Positions 1-8,258 of a stretch of 64,000 nucleotides of DNA are shown one piece after another (position 1 is the stretch's first letter; each line of letters begins with the position of its first letter). The notes under the pieces were generated by a model. It made no database searches. It had not been told where the DNA came from and worked only from the letters and a program-made list of their open reading frames with translations. Source of the DNA: a virus; IMG/VR virus record IMGVR_UViG_3300021399_000007, positions 69,874-133,873 of that record; one strand, written 5' to 3'. The position numbers and the translations under genes are program-made.

Positions 1-111
1 TCTCTTAGCGGTCTGTCCAATCAGCGTATCACTCACATGCTGACAGACCTTGTCAAGGCGGAAACCCTTGTCAAGGAGTACGTGAAGAAAACTCCGTACT
101 ACGCTGTTGCC
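1..111 (+). CDS. 3' end of an upstream gene (partial, runs off window start); GC-rich unlike the rest of the window
   Basis: Open frame ...SNQRITHMLTDLVKAETLVKEYVKKTPYYAVA* ending TGA at 109-111; ~52% GC vs ~30% window average; followed by GC hairpin GTGTGGGGC-aaaa-GCCCCCACAC (112-140). Confidence 0.3.
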
Positions 112-206
112 TGATGTGTGGGGCAAAAGCCCCCACACGCTCCAAGGCCCCAATACAGGCGGGGTCTGGGGCGGGCCCGGGCCCCAAAAAATTTCAAAAA
201 AGGGAT

Positions 207-234
207 TGACAGACAAAAACAACTATGCTATAAT
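207..234 (+). promoter_or_regulatory. Early sigma70-type promoter (TTGACA-N16-TATAAT)
   Basis: TTGACA 207-212, TATAAT 229-234, followed by conserved leader ATCAAGAGAAAGGAAG and ATG at 265. Confidence 0.6.
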
Positions 235-264
235 TTAACCATCAAGAGAAAGGAAGTACAAAAC

Positions 265-657
265 ATGACTTACAATCTTAATGGTAAGAATATCCGTATC
301 CCCGATGCGGAAATCACTAAAAGCATGAAACTGTTAAACATTTCTCAAGATGAAGCCGTTCAGATGTGGCTTGAAGATGAAGGCTATCTTGAAAATGAAG
401 TGGTTGAAGAACTGACCGCAAAAGCCAAGGAAAACAAGGTCAACCATGAAGCAAAAGCCGACAAACCCCGCAAATCTGTTAAAAGAGAGCGGAAACCCGA
501 TGAAGAAAAGGAAAATCTTATCGAAATCCTTGCAAATTGTCTGAAAAATGCGGGTTTTGATACAGAAATCACTAATAAAAGCAAGATTATTCAGTTTAAT
601 GTTGGTGAAAACCACTACAAACTTGATTTAATCAAGCAAAGACCGCCAAAAAAGTGA
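265..657 (+). CDS. Early hypothetical protein (130 aa)
   Basis: ATG 265 with SD AGAGAAAGGAAG 8 nt upstream; in frame with track ORF 118-657 whose N-terminal part overlaps the promoter; ends TGA; intrinsic terminator follows. Confidence 0.6.
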   Translation: MTYNLNGKNIRIPDAEITKSMKLLNISQDEAVQMWLEDEGYLENEVVEELTAKAKENKVNHEAKADKPRKSVKRERKPDEEKENLIEILANCLKNAGFDTEITNKSKIIQFNVGENHYKLDLIKQRPPKK

Positions 658-662
658 AAAAA

Positions 663-690
663 GGGACTAAAAAGTCCCTTTTTTTCGCAC
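663..690 (+). terminator. Rho-independent terminator
   Basis: GGGACT-aaaa-AGTCCC hairpin followed by TTTTTTT. Confidence 0.6.
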
Positions 691-754
691 AATTTGCCCG
701 GGCGTCCGACAAAATGCACAATTTCAAAGCCGCATTTTTGTGTAATTTGCTATG

Positions 755-783
755 TTGACTTTTTTATTTCTCTCTGCTATAAT
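755..783 (+). promoter_or_regulatory. Early sigma70-type promoter
   Basis: TTGACT 755-760, 17-nt spacer, TATAAT 778-783; preceded by CCCGGG box at 697-702. Confidence 0.6.
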
Positions 784-815
784 TGCATTATCAAATGAAA
801 GAGAGGAAACCTAAA

Positions 816-1529
816 ATGAGCAATTATGTACTGATTATTGACACTGAAACCGCAAATTCTGTTGAACAGCCTATTCCCTATGATTTTGGATGGGCGGTTG
901 TTGATGTTACCACTGGAGAAATCATGGAAACCGCCTCTTATGTGTGTGCAGAAATTTTCCTTGATAAGGAACTTATGTCACAAGCTTACTTTGCTAAAAA
1001 AATCCCGATGTATTGGAAAGAAATCAAACAAGGCAAGCGTAAAATCACAAATCTTCTTACAATCCGCAAGGCACTCTGGAATTGTCTGAAAACTTATGAT
1101 ATTTCAGACATCGGCGCATACAATATGGGATTTGACAAGCGTGCTTGCAACAATGATGTACGTTATGTGACAGCTTCCTTCCTGCGGTGGTTCTTCCCCT
1201 ACAATGTTAGATTTTTCTGTATTTGGCACATGGCTTGCACAAGTTTTCTGAATACTTCAGATTATGTAAATTTTGCGACAACTAATGGTTTTGTGTCTGA
1301 AGCAGGAAATATTCAGACTTCTGCTGAATGCGCTTACCGCTATCTGAAAAATGACCCCTCTTTTGTGGAAAGCCATACAGGTCTGGAAGATGTAAGAATT
1401 GAAGCTGAAATCTTCATGAACTGTCTGAAAACAGGAGATGAAAACATGAAAGACTCAATTTACACCGCATGTTGGAGAAATGTTCAGAAAATTGCTAAAC
1501 AGATGATGCTTGAGGAAGTGTTCGCTTGA
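816..1529 (+). CDS. DEDDh-family 3'-5' exonuclease (DnaQ/RNase T-like)
   Basis: MSNYVLIIDTETAN (Exo I D-x-E), YNMGFDKRACNNDVRY (Exo II), HTGLEDVRIEAEIF (Exo III H-x4-D); SD AGAGAGGAAACC before ATG 816; in frame with track ORF 783-1529. Confidence 0.6.
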   Translation: MSNYVLIIDTETANSVEQPIPYDFGWAVVDVTTGEIMETASYVCAEIFLDKELMSQAYFAKKIPMYWKEIKQGKRKITNLLTIRKALWNCLKTYDISDIGAYNMGFDKRACNNDVRYVTASFLRWFFPYNVRFFCIWHMACTSFLNTSDYVNFATTNGFVSEAGNIQTSAECAYRYLKNDPSFVESHTGLEDVRIEAEIFMNCLKTGDENMKDSIYTACWRNVQKIAKQMMLEEVFA

Positions 1530-1592
1530 ACACTTTCCCCAATTGTCTAAAAATTCGCGGGGCCCGGGCGCAAAAATTTTTTACAAAACCAC

Positions 1593-1621
1593 TTGACAAA
1601 TAAAACCTAATTTGTTATAAT
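1593..1621 (+). promoter_or_regulatory. Early sigma70-type promoter
   Basis: TTGACA 1593-1598, 17 nt, TATAAT 1616-1621; CCCGGG box 1563-1568 upstream; leader CATCATCAAGAGAAAGGAG. Confidence 0.6.
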
Positions 1622-1650
1622 TACATCATCAAGAGAAAGGAGATAAACAA

Positions 1651-1806
1651 ATGTACTTAGTAATTGCTGAAAACAAAACCGTAAGAACTTGTGACTCCTA
1701 CAAAAAAGCTTATTGCACCATGATCTGGCTTCGTTCTGTCGCCAACCGCAAAGATGTTATTATTGTAAAGGATGGTAAAGTATTAAGGGGGTAGAAAAAT
1801 GGATAA
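1651..1806 (+). CDS. Small early protein; ORF reaches TAA only if the in-frame TAG at 1792-1794 is read through
   Basis: ATG 1651 after AAGGAGATAAACAA; MYLVIAENKTVRTCDSYKKAYCTMIWLRSVANRKDVIIVKDGKVLRG[TAG]KNG*. Confidence 0.3.
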
Positions 1807-1996
1807 TGTCGTTCTTGAAATGTTAAGAGAACTTGCGGAGACTTCTGCAGAAGCCTACAAGAAAGATGCAAAAGCATTTTTTGATGATTACAAAAATTAT
1901 GCGGATGCTTCTGATATTGCTTACATTTTTTCAAAGGCATTCCATGACATGTTTTGGAACCTTGAAAATGACATCGAGAAAGAGAGGAAATATTAA
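1799..1996 (+). CDS. Hypothetical protein (65 aa)
   Basis: Track ORF; GGGGGTAGAAAAATG SD-like spacing; acidic/aromatic small protein. Confidence 0.5.
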   Translation: MDNVVLEMLRELAETSAEAYKKDAKAFFDDYKNYADASDIAYIFSKAFHDMFWNLENDIEKERKY

Positions 1997-1997
1997 A

Positions 1998-2186
1998 ATG
2001 TGGGAAGAAAATGCAAAGTATGTTGAAAATGTTTTCGGTGCTTATGTAGACTGGGAAGAGCGGTTTTATGAATGCCCTTGTCGCGGGGAGCCCGTCTATG
2101 AATGCGATTGGACGGATGATGAACTGTGCGATTTCTTTTGCCCCATCTGTGAATTTGCAGAGGAAGAAGGAGAAGAGGATTTCTAA
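1998..2186 (+). CDS. Small Cys-rich (zinc-binding-like) protein, 62 aa
   Basis: ATG 1998 in frame with track ORF 1833-2186; ...YECPCRGEPVYECDWTDDELCDFFCPICEF... Confidence 0.5.
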   Translation: MWEENAKYVENVFGAYVDWEERFYECPCRGEPVYECDWTDDELCDFFCPICEFAEEEGEEDF

Positions 2187-2356
2187 TGAACTGGAAAGAA
2201 AAAATTAAAGAAGGATTAAAGCTAATAAAAAAAGGATGTGCAAGTCAAGATAGTTGGAATAAATGTTATGAATGTCCTTTTTACGATTATTGCACTACTC
2301 TTGAAGAAAATGGTAGTGTTGTTCCTAACGAATGGGAATTAGAAGCGGATGAATAA
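2186..2356 (+). CDS. Small Cys-rich protein, 56 aa
   Basis: ATG overlaps preceding stop (TAATGA); MNWKEKIKEGLKLIKKGCASQDSWNKCYECPFYDYC...; followed by hairpin GCGGAT-gaataa-ATCCGC. Confidence 0.45.
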   Translation: MNWKEKIKEGLKLIKKGCASQDSWNKCYECPFYDYCTTLEENGSVVPNEWELEADE

Positions 2357-2416
2357 TCCGCTTCTAATTCCACGCCCGGGCCGCCACCTTGTTAAATAAT
2401 TAACTTATAAAAAACT

Positions 2417-2446
2417 ATTGACAACTACTTCTAAATCTGTTATATT
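2417..2446 (+). promoter_or_regulatory. Early sigma70-type promoter
   Basis: TTGACA 2417-2422 then TATATT ~2441; CCCGGG box 2375-2380 upstream; leader ATCAAAAGAAAGGAAG. Confidence 0.45.
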
Positions 2447-2659
2447 TTATTTATCAAAAGAAAGGAAGTAAAAAATATGTGGGATGTAAAAACAAAGAAG
2501 AAAAATTTAAAGTAATTATTGGTGTTTGCTTATACAGTTTCTGTGAAAAATGCAAAACAGGCAAAAGAATTTGCTTCTGAAATGTTTATAAATAATGTTA
2601 ATTGTGATAATTTTGATGTTGAAGTTGTAGAATAATAAAATTAAAAGAAGGGTTGAAAA

Positions 2660-2893
2660 ATGAAAATTTGGTATGTAAATACAGATATGGAAAACTCTTG
2701 TGCATGGTCAACAAAAAAACAGGCTATTCAATATTTTAAAGATGAGTGTTTAGATTTGAATTGGCCATGGAAAATTTTAGCAGGAGATGAAGAAAATGAA
2801 AATGATTGTGTTACTTATGAAATAAAAACAGGTGTTGATGATTTTTGCGTTTGGATTGAACCACTGTTTCTTGATGAAAAACCCTATTTTTAA
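2660..2893 (+). CDS. Hypothetical protein (77 aa)
   Basis: Track ORF, SD GAAGGGTTGAAAAATG; terminator directly downstream. Confidence 0.55.
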   Translation: MKIWYVNTDMENSCAWSTKKQAIQYFKDECLDLNWPWKILAGDEENENDCVTYEIKTGVDDFCVWIEPLFLDEKPYF

Positions 2894-2897
2894 AAAA

Positions 2898-2930
2898 TAA
2901 GGCGGAAACGCCTTATTTTTTTTATATCTA
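2898..2930 (+). terminator. Rho-independent terminator
   Basis: AAGGCG-gaaa-CGCCTT hairpin + T8 run. Confidence 0.6.
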
Positions 2931-2996
2931 TAATTAGATACCCCTAACTAAAGTTAGTTAAGAAAATGCCAGGGCCACATGTTATTAAATTTCTTA

Positions 2997-3025
2997 TTGA
3001 CTTTTGAAATAAGATATGTTATAAT
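2997..3025 (+). promoter_or_regulatory. Early sigma70-type promoter
   Basis: TTGACT 2997-3002, 17 nt, TATAAT 3020-3025; leader ATCAAAGAAAGGAGAA. Confidence 0.6.
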
Positions 3026-3054
3026 TTAATCATCAAAGAAAGGAGAATACGAAA

Positions 3055-3222
3055 ATGAAATATGATGTAACTTTTCTTGTTAATTATACTATTGATGATG
3101 CTACTGATAAATGGGACGCAATTGAACAAGCAGAAAATATGTTTAATAGTGATACTCATTTTAATTATGACGTTGATGTCAATCCAATTAATGAAGAGGA
3201 AAATTGTTATGAAGAAATTTAA
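3055..3222 (+). CDS. Small acidic hypothetical protein (55 aa)
   Basis: ATG 3055 9 nt after AAAGGAGAA; MKYDVTFLVNYTIDDATDKWDAIEQAENMF... Confidence 0.4.
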   Translation: MKYDVTFLVNYTIDDATDKWDAIEQAENMFNSDTHFNYDVDVNPINEEENCYEEI

Positions 3223-3346
3223 GATTAGTATTGAAAAATTTTTTGAAGAAGAAATTGAAGCCACCACAGAAGAAGAAGCTATAGATAAAGCGTGGGAAAA
3301 ATGGAAAAAAGAAAAAGTTGAAATGTATGTTTATGAGGTAGATTAA
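3209..3346 (+). CDS. Small hypothetical protein (45 aa), overlaps previous gene by 14 nt
   Basis: MKKFKISIEKFFEEEIEATTEEEAIDKAWEKWKKEKVEMYVYEVD; frame of track ORF 3077-3346. Confidence 0.4.
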   Translation: MKKFKISIEKFFEEEIEATTEEEAIDKAWEKWKKEKVEMYVYEVD

Positions 3347-3363
3347 TCTACCTCATTTTTTTG
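3337..3363 (+). terminator. Rho-independent terminator
   Basis: GGTAGATTAATCTACC hairpin + TCATTTTTTT. Confidence 0.55.
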
Positions 3364-3550
3364 CCGGGCCGCGGGCACTCGTGCCCAGGCCCGTTTCCCC
3401 CTCACGCGTACCATATGGGCTTTTTTTCTGGAACCTTGGCCTATATGGACCCGTCGCGTAGATTCCCGAAATGCGAACCCCGCATATGCATCTCCTTGCT
3501 GGAGCCCTACGCGTAATGCAGGTCATATGGCCGCGTTTCGTAGATCCTTA
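3363..3550. other. GC-rich non-coding island with iterated palindromic hexamers (CATATG x4, ACGCGT x2, CCGGG)
   Basis: ~55% GC in a 30% GC genome; motifs accCATATGGgc, ccTATATGGac, gtCATATGGcc, GCATATGCat, cACGCGTAcc, tACGCGTAat; no convincing ORF. Confidence 0.4.
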
Positions 3551-3552
3551 CC

Positions 3553-3642
3553 TTGAAATCTTAAAAAATTTTTGTTATAATATTAAAAAAAGGCTTTGAG
3601 AATCCGCGCCCACTTGAAAACCTAAAAAATTTTTGTTATAAT
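3553..3642 (+). promoter_or_regulatory. Tandem duplicated early promoters (two TTGAAA-N17-TATAAT units within a ~60-nt direct repeat)
   Basis: TTGAAA 3553-3558/TATAAT 3576-3581 and TTGAAA 3614-3619/TATAAT 3637-3642; repeated unit cttgaaaNctaaaaaatttttgttataatat. Confidence 0.55.
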
Positions 3643-3675
3643 ATAATTACAATAAAAACAAAAGGAGAAATACAT

Positions 3676-4110
3676 ATGGATCTATATGAAGCACTAAAAA
3701 ATGGCATTAGCGCTGAAGAGCTAATTAAAACCTTTAATAATGATATGGAAGAAGCAAAGAAGCGGCTTGAACAAGAGAAAAAGAAAGAAAAGACTGAAGC
3801 TCGCAAAAAGAACAGAACTAAATTTGCATCCGCCATCGCAGATTATTTGGCAGGTTGTCTTGACGAATCTTGCTACGCGTTACCGACGATTGCAGAGTTG
3901 GAAGAGTTGCTTAGAGGTTTTGAAGAAGAAATGCAGGGGTCTATGGGTCTAATTGACGAACTGTCAAAAGCTCTTGAAAGTAATAATAAAAAGGAACCTG
4001 TTGGAGTAGAAATTAAAACTTATTCAACAGATCCTAAGAACACATATAAGCGCAAAACTAATTATGATATTGATACCCAAATTCTTAATGCTTTTATTAA
4101 GGGGCTTTAA
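3676..4110 (+). CDS. Hypothetical protein (144 aa), coiled-coil/charged
   Basis: Track ORF; SD AAAAGGAGAAATACATATG; terminator downstream. Confidence 0.6.
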   Translation: MDLYEALKNGISAEELIKTFNNDMEEAKKRLEQEKKKEKTEARKKNRTKFASAIADYLAGCLDESCYALPTIAELEELLRGFEEEMQGSMGLIDELSKALESNNKKEPVGVEIKTYSTDPKNTYKRKTNYDIDTQILNAFIKGL

Positions 4111-4120
4111 TATTTTAATT

Positions 4121-4153
4121 ACCAGATCTGGATTTTATCCAGATCTTTTTTTG
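4121..4153 (+). terminator. Rho-independent terminator
   Basis: CAGATCTGGA-tttta-TCCAGATCT + T8. Confidence 0.6.
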
Positions 4154-4199
4154 TTTACGGTCGCTTTTCAAAAGCATCTAGTATAATAGGATCTCTAAT

Positions 4200-4560
4200 A
4201 CGCGTTCCACCACCACTGCCTATTTCTACCCATTTTTGTCATTTTTACTTATTTTACCTTTTCCGCTATCCATATCTATTCTATCTATTTATATTTATTT
4301 ATACTCATTCCTACCTATTCTAACCTAGCCTATTTATACCTATTCTGGCTTATCTTTTATCTACCCATTTATGCCCATTCATATTTATTTATATCTATCT
4401 CCCCCTTTTCCCTTTCCTATTTATTTATGTCTATTTTTCCCACTTATCTTTATATTCCTATTTATTATTTAATCTACTTAATTTACCTTATCCATCCCAT
4501 CCACCTCATTTTATTTAACCTTATATCTTCATCTCCCGCTCTTCCTTCACTCCGTCAATT
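4200..4560. repeat. Plus-strand G-depleted pyrimidine-rich low-complexity tract (~360 nt)
   Basis: Almost no G on plus strand; degenerate ctatttata/cctattc units; not regularly spaced (not CRISPR). Confidence 0.5.
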
Positions 4561-4798
4561 CCTTAAACTTCTCCAGCGCTTTCCTGCTATTGAAAATATT
4601 AAAGTCCTCTCTAAACCACTCCAAGCTATCATAACTTAAACAAATTTTCTCCCCTATATCACTAATTAAAATTAACATAAATCCATCATTTAAAAATATT
4701 ACCCTATCAATAGCAAAGGGCTGATTATCTATCATTCCTAACTTATTATCTAATTTCTTTGCTTGTATATACTGCATGTTCATTCGCTCACAACTCAC
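4547..4798 (-). CDS. Hypothetical protein (83 aa)
   Basis: Track ORF between two low-complexity tracts; plausible composition. Confidence 0.35.
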   Translation of the reverse strand: MSCERMNMQYIQAKKLDNKLGMIDNQPFAIDRVIFLNDGFMLILISDIGEKICLSYDSLEWFREDFNIFNSRKALEKFKELTE

Positions 4799-4799
4799 G

Positions 4800-4990
4800 A
4801 AGCTTCGTTTCGTTCGTTAGTTCGCTCATTCACACCTCCTTGCATTATTATTATTACCATATATTATAATATTATATAATACTATTATATTATATATCAT
4901 CACATTATTACATTATTTTTATTATATTATACTACATTATTATATTACATATCTATATAATTATATCACTTATTATTTTCCTCACGAAAT
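4800..4990. repeat. G-free A/T/C-only tract (~190 nt) of degenerate ttata/attat units
   Basis: No G on plus strand over ~190 nt. Confidence 0.5.
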
Positions 4991-5232
4991 TTTAAAATGA
5001 ATTTTCTTTTTGTTCCTCACGGGACGGTGAAGTCTTCCCTTTTTAAAATCATTTTCCCCTAGTTTCCTTGTACCCTTTATTAAAAATGCGGCAATTTTAT
5101 TACTTTCCCCCATTACCACATCATACCTCCCCCTTATTTTTAATGATTATTCATGGTACTGCGATTTTCGTCTAATTTTTCACTTCGATTTTCGTTTTCC
5201 CCTCTGACCCCCACTAACCGCAGAGTCCGTCC

Positions 5233-5259
5233 CATTTGGTCTGGCGAAGCCAGACCAAA
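5233..5259. terminator. 12-bp-stem hairpin (possible terminator at convergence of plus early and minus operons)
   Basis: ATTTGGTCTGGC-gaa-GCCAGACCAAAT followed by aaaaccttttattatttt. Confidence 0.35.
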
Positions 5260-5288
5260 TAAAACCTTTTATTATTTTCCCAATTTTT

Positions 5289-5377
5289 AATAAAGCCACT
5301 AATTTTAGATAAATTGGTAAAGATTATATATATATTATTATCTTTACCAAAATTGCCAATTTTAGTGGCTTTATTAA
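5289..5377. repeat. Nested imperfect ~90-bp palindrome around a (TA)n core; candidate origin/cruciform
   Basis: Outer arms AATAAAGCCACTAA / TTAGTGGCTTTATT, inner arms TTGGTAAAGAT / ATCTTTACCAA, centre tatatatatatta. Confidence 0.45.
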
Positions 5378-5418
5378 ATTTTAGTAAATTAATTTAAGGG
5401 TTTCCGCTACTTTTTAAA

Positions 5419-6174
5419 TCAATTTATAAAAGCATTAAGATCAACCTTCATACCTTCACATAAAAAATATGATCCTGCTCTACTTGTTTTAAAAACATCA
5501 TTTGATTCTAATAATCTTTTTACATCTCTGATTTGTTTATAACTTAATCCTGTCATATTAGAAATTTCTGCATATGTAAAAGGTTGATTTTCATAACAAA
5601 TTCTAATCGCTTCCCATACTTTTACTAATTGCGGAATTTTATTAAAATTCTTATGATTTTCATCTGCAATTCGTCGACTTTCTCTTAACATATCAATTTT
5701 TACAGGATATTTATTTTCTAAATGACTTCTTAAATAAATAATAATATAATCTCCATCTGTATCATATCCAATACATTCTTTTTCAACTAAAAAATCTAAA
5801 ACTTTATTTAAAGTCTAAATATTTTTTTTATTATCTTTAATTCCAATATATTTTAATAAATCTTCCCTCTTCCCCCTAAAAGCACCAAAAGGAGATGCGG
5901 CAACTGCTAAAAATATATAAAATTCATATTCTTCATAACTTAAACTTTCTAAAGTAATAAAAATATCCTTTGTTTCTTGATAAATAGTTAAAGCTCTTGT
6001 ATCTTCAATTATTTGATAACGAATTCCATCTTTTGTTATACATTTAATTAAATCAATATTATATTTCTTTTTAATTGCTTCTGCCGTTCTTTTAAAATTC
6101 TTCTTAATACTATTCTAACTATATCCAAACATTTCAACAACTTCTTCAATAGTCATTAACTCTTTTATATCCAT
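5419..6174 (-). CDS. HTH DNA-binding regulator (N-terminal MerR/excisionase-like HTH, C-terminal winged-helix-like); contains 2 in-frame TAG codons
   Basis: Minus-strand MDIKELMTIEEVVEMFGYS[TAG]NSIKKNF...NKKNI[TAG]TLNKVL... continuous into track ORF 5419-5691; frame conserved; SD upstream of ATG at 6174. Confidence 0.5.
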
Positions 6175-6187
6175 GCGGCGACCTCCG

Positions 6188-6586
6188 TTATAATACCCGC
6201 TTAAACGGGTCCTGCACTTCTTCCACCTTAATCGTTACAGGATCTCCAAGATTTCCATTTTCAATATCAGGAACTTGATCAGTTGCCTCTCTAATATAAG
6301 AAATACAATTTTCTAATCTTTTTATCGCGGCATCCACATCTTCAATAGAAAAAAGGCAGATTTTATCCATCAAAAACATTATTGAAACACCTTTATCCAT
6401 AATTTTTTCAATCATATTTGCTGTTTGTTGTACAACATCTAAATCCACCATTGGAGTTCCATATTCATCTGTTTTTATATAAAACATTAATACATCTCCA
6501 GCTTTTGGACTCAATTTTTGAATACTTGAAATAATTTCATTTTGATCAGTCATTATAGATGTCATCTTCTCCGTTATCATCATCAT
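6188..6586 (-). CDS. Hypothetical protein (132 aa)
   Basis: Track ORF 6188-6607; start moved to ATG after internal SD GGAGAAAGGAG. Confidence 0.5.
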   Translation of the reverse strand: MMMITEKMTSIMTDQNEIISSIQKLSPKAGDVLMFYIKTDEYGTPMVDLDVVQQTANMIEKIMDKGVSIMFLMDKICLFSIEDVDAAIKRLENCISYIREATDQVPDIENGNLGDPVTIKVEEVQDPFKRVL

Positions 6587-6746
6587 TATAACTCCTTTCT
6601 CCATCATTTAATGTCTCATCATTTTCTTCCCAATTCCGTTTAAATATCATTTCAAGATCATCTACCACTTTTTCAGTTGCAGATTTTAATGCCTTTCTAT
6701 AACCAGGAAATTTCCTTACCATTTTTCGTCTTGCCGCTCTATTCAT
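6546..6746 (-). CDS. Small basic/acidic protein (66 aa), N-term MNRAARRKMVRKFPGYRK
   Basis: Track ORF; ATG overlaps stop of upstream gene (ATGA). Confidence 0.4.
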   Translation of the reverse strand: MNRAARRKMVRKFPGYRKALKSATEKVVDDLEMIFKRNWEENDETLNDGERSYNDDDNGEDDIYND

Positions 6747-6931
6747 TTCAAATCATCCTCTTGTTGAATTTTATCTAATATATTTACATATTTCCGCATA
6801 ATATTAAAAATATGTTCATGCTCCTACTTCATATCATTAAAATCTTCTTCCATTTGATCAACATGTTTAACAATAAACATTAACATAATATTATCAAAAA
6901 TAATAAGAAATAAAACACAATATATCATCAT
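6743..6931 (-). CDS. Small membrane protein (62 aa) with one in-frame TAG
   Basis: SD GAAGAGGAGAAGGGAG then ATGATGATATATTGTGTTTTATTTCTT...; TAG at 6824-6826 (plus cta); ends TGA overlapping next ATG. Confidence 0.35.
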
Positions 6932-7160
6932 TCTTTTTCTTCTCCCTTCTCCTCTTCCTATTATTTAATTTCTTCAAATTTTCCATCCACAATAGTAATA
7001 GATTCCTTAAAATACTAAGATGCGGGATCCAGCTGGCGGGGAGCCCCTTTCCTCCATATCATAGTACACATTCCTTGTTCATCTATTCCAACAACGTCCC
7101 GCTTCGTACAAAAATTTTGATTATAATACGGGCAGTTTTTTACTTTACAATTTACAATCA

Positions 7161-7406
7161 TCATTTTTCGTTTTCTAATCTAATCCTTCTCTTGGCTTCA
7201 ATAACCTTATCAATTAGTACCCCAAAAACCTGCTCCCCATTATCATCTGTAAATGCGGCGACGCCGATAGCAGACTCAATTTGACCAGCGAGTTTCTGCG
7301 CAGCTTCCTCTGTCTTTTCACCTTCAGGGAACACCGCCGCAAATAACTGCTTTTCTAACATTGTTTTAATGTATCTTTGTTCCATTCTTTTGTTTGTTTC
7401 TGCCAT
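7161..7406 (-). CDS. Hypothetical protein (81 aa)
   Basis: Track ORF 7161-7460; start set to ATG 7406 after CAAAGGAGAAAAACA. Confidence 0.45.
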   Translation of the reverse strand: MAETNKRMEQRYIKTMLEKQLFAAVFPEGEKTEEAAQKLAGQIESAIGVAAFTDDNGEQVFGVLIDKVIEAKRRIRLENEK

Positions 7407-7507
7407 TGTTTTTCTCCTTTGTTTCATTTTCTTATCTATATTATATAATATTTTTTTCATTTTTTCAACCTTTTATACCACTTTCCTTTTTCTTCTTTTG
7501 ATTTTTA

Positions 7508-7545
7508 TAAGTTTTTTTGATATAATAATATCATAAGAAAATAAC
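7508..7545 (+). promoter_or_regulatory. Middle-class promoter motif (T-rich upstream, TGATATAAT, no -35)
   Basis: ttttttGATATAATaatatcATAAGAaaataac; first of 15 copies of the family. Confidence 0.5.
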
Positions 7546-7575
7546 TTATTACATTTTTACAAAAGAGGAAAAGCC

Positions 7576-8082
7576 ATGTGGACATTAGACCGAATTACTA
7601 AAATGTGTATTGAATATTGCGGGAAGGCAGGTGTAAAGTTCAACTCACCTGTGATCATTAACGGTAGGCTAACCCGTACTCTTGGAAGATGTTTCTATAC
7701 TCGTATCGGCAATGTTTGGAATCCCGCAAAAATTGAAATTTCAAAACAATTACTTGAAACTTCCACAGATGAGTCCATTGAAGCTGTTATTGCTCATGAG
7801 TGCGCCCATTATGTAACTTGTGCTCTTACGCATGAAAATCATGGTCATGATTCCACATTTCGTTTCTATTGTGAAAAAATTGGAACAAATAATAGTATGA
7901 CTCATTATGATGATCTTGAGCGTACAAAGCCAAATGAAGAAATTTATAAATACACTCTCTATTGTTCAAATTGTGGCAAATTTATTGGTGGCAGGTCTCG
8001 TGCCTGCCGTATCACCAAGGAACCTTGGAATTTTTATACAAAATGTTGTGAAGCTGAAGTTAAAGTTATTAAAAACTGGTAA
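7576..8082 (+). CDS. SprT-like zinc metalloprotease with C-terminal zinc ribbon
   Basis: RTLGRC...IAHECAHY (HExxH) and CSNCGKF...C..C ribbon. Confidence 0.6.
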   Translation: MWTLDRITKMCIEYCGKAGVKFNSPVIINGRLTRTLGRCFYTRIGNVWNPAKIEISKQLLETSTDESIEAVIAHECAHYVTCALTHENHGHDSTFRFYCEKIGTNNSMTHYDDLERTKPNEEIYKYTLYCSNCGKFIGGRSRACRITKEPWNFYTKCCEAEVKVIKNW

Positions 8083-8087
8083 TAAAA

Positions 8088-8258
8088 ATGAATTGTAAAG
8101 AATGTAAACATTATCAAAATCAAACTTGCATATGGAACTATGATTATTTAGATACAGATTATGCATATGATTGTTGTGATTTTATTCATAAAAAGGAAAA
8201 TTATCACTTAAAAATATACATTTTTAAGGACAAAAAATATAAAAAGGAGAAAAAATGA
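8088..8258 (+). CDS. Small Cys-rich protein (56 aa)
   Basis: MNCKECKHYQNQTCIWNYDYLDTDYAYDCCDF... Confidence 0.35.
   Translation: MNCKECKHYQNQTCIWNYDYLDTDYAYDCCDFIHKKENYHLKIYIFKDKKYKKEKK

Noticed and set aside
118-264. N-terminal 49 codons of track ORF 118-657 (MGQKPPHAPRP...)
   Set aside because: Overlaps the promoter -35/-10 (207-234) and GC-rich boxes; real start is ATG 265 with SD.
334-615. Antisense ORFs 334-615 and 384-584 (-), and 838-1089 (+)
   Set aside because: Nested within better-supported genes, with no RBS.
2477-2640. Possible frameshifted small ORF(s) MWDVKTKKKNLK / VFAYTVSVKNAKQAKEFASEMF...
   Set aside because: No consistent frame or RBS; cannot support a programmed frameshift from sequence alone.
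4200-4990. CRISPR array in the repetitive 4.2-5.0 kb region
   Set aside because: No regularly spaced identical direct repeats or unique spacers; this is degenerate low-complexity sequence with strand compositional bias.
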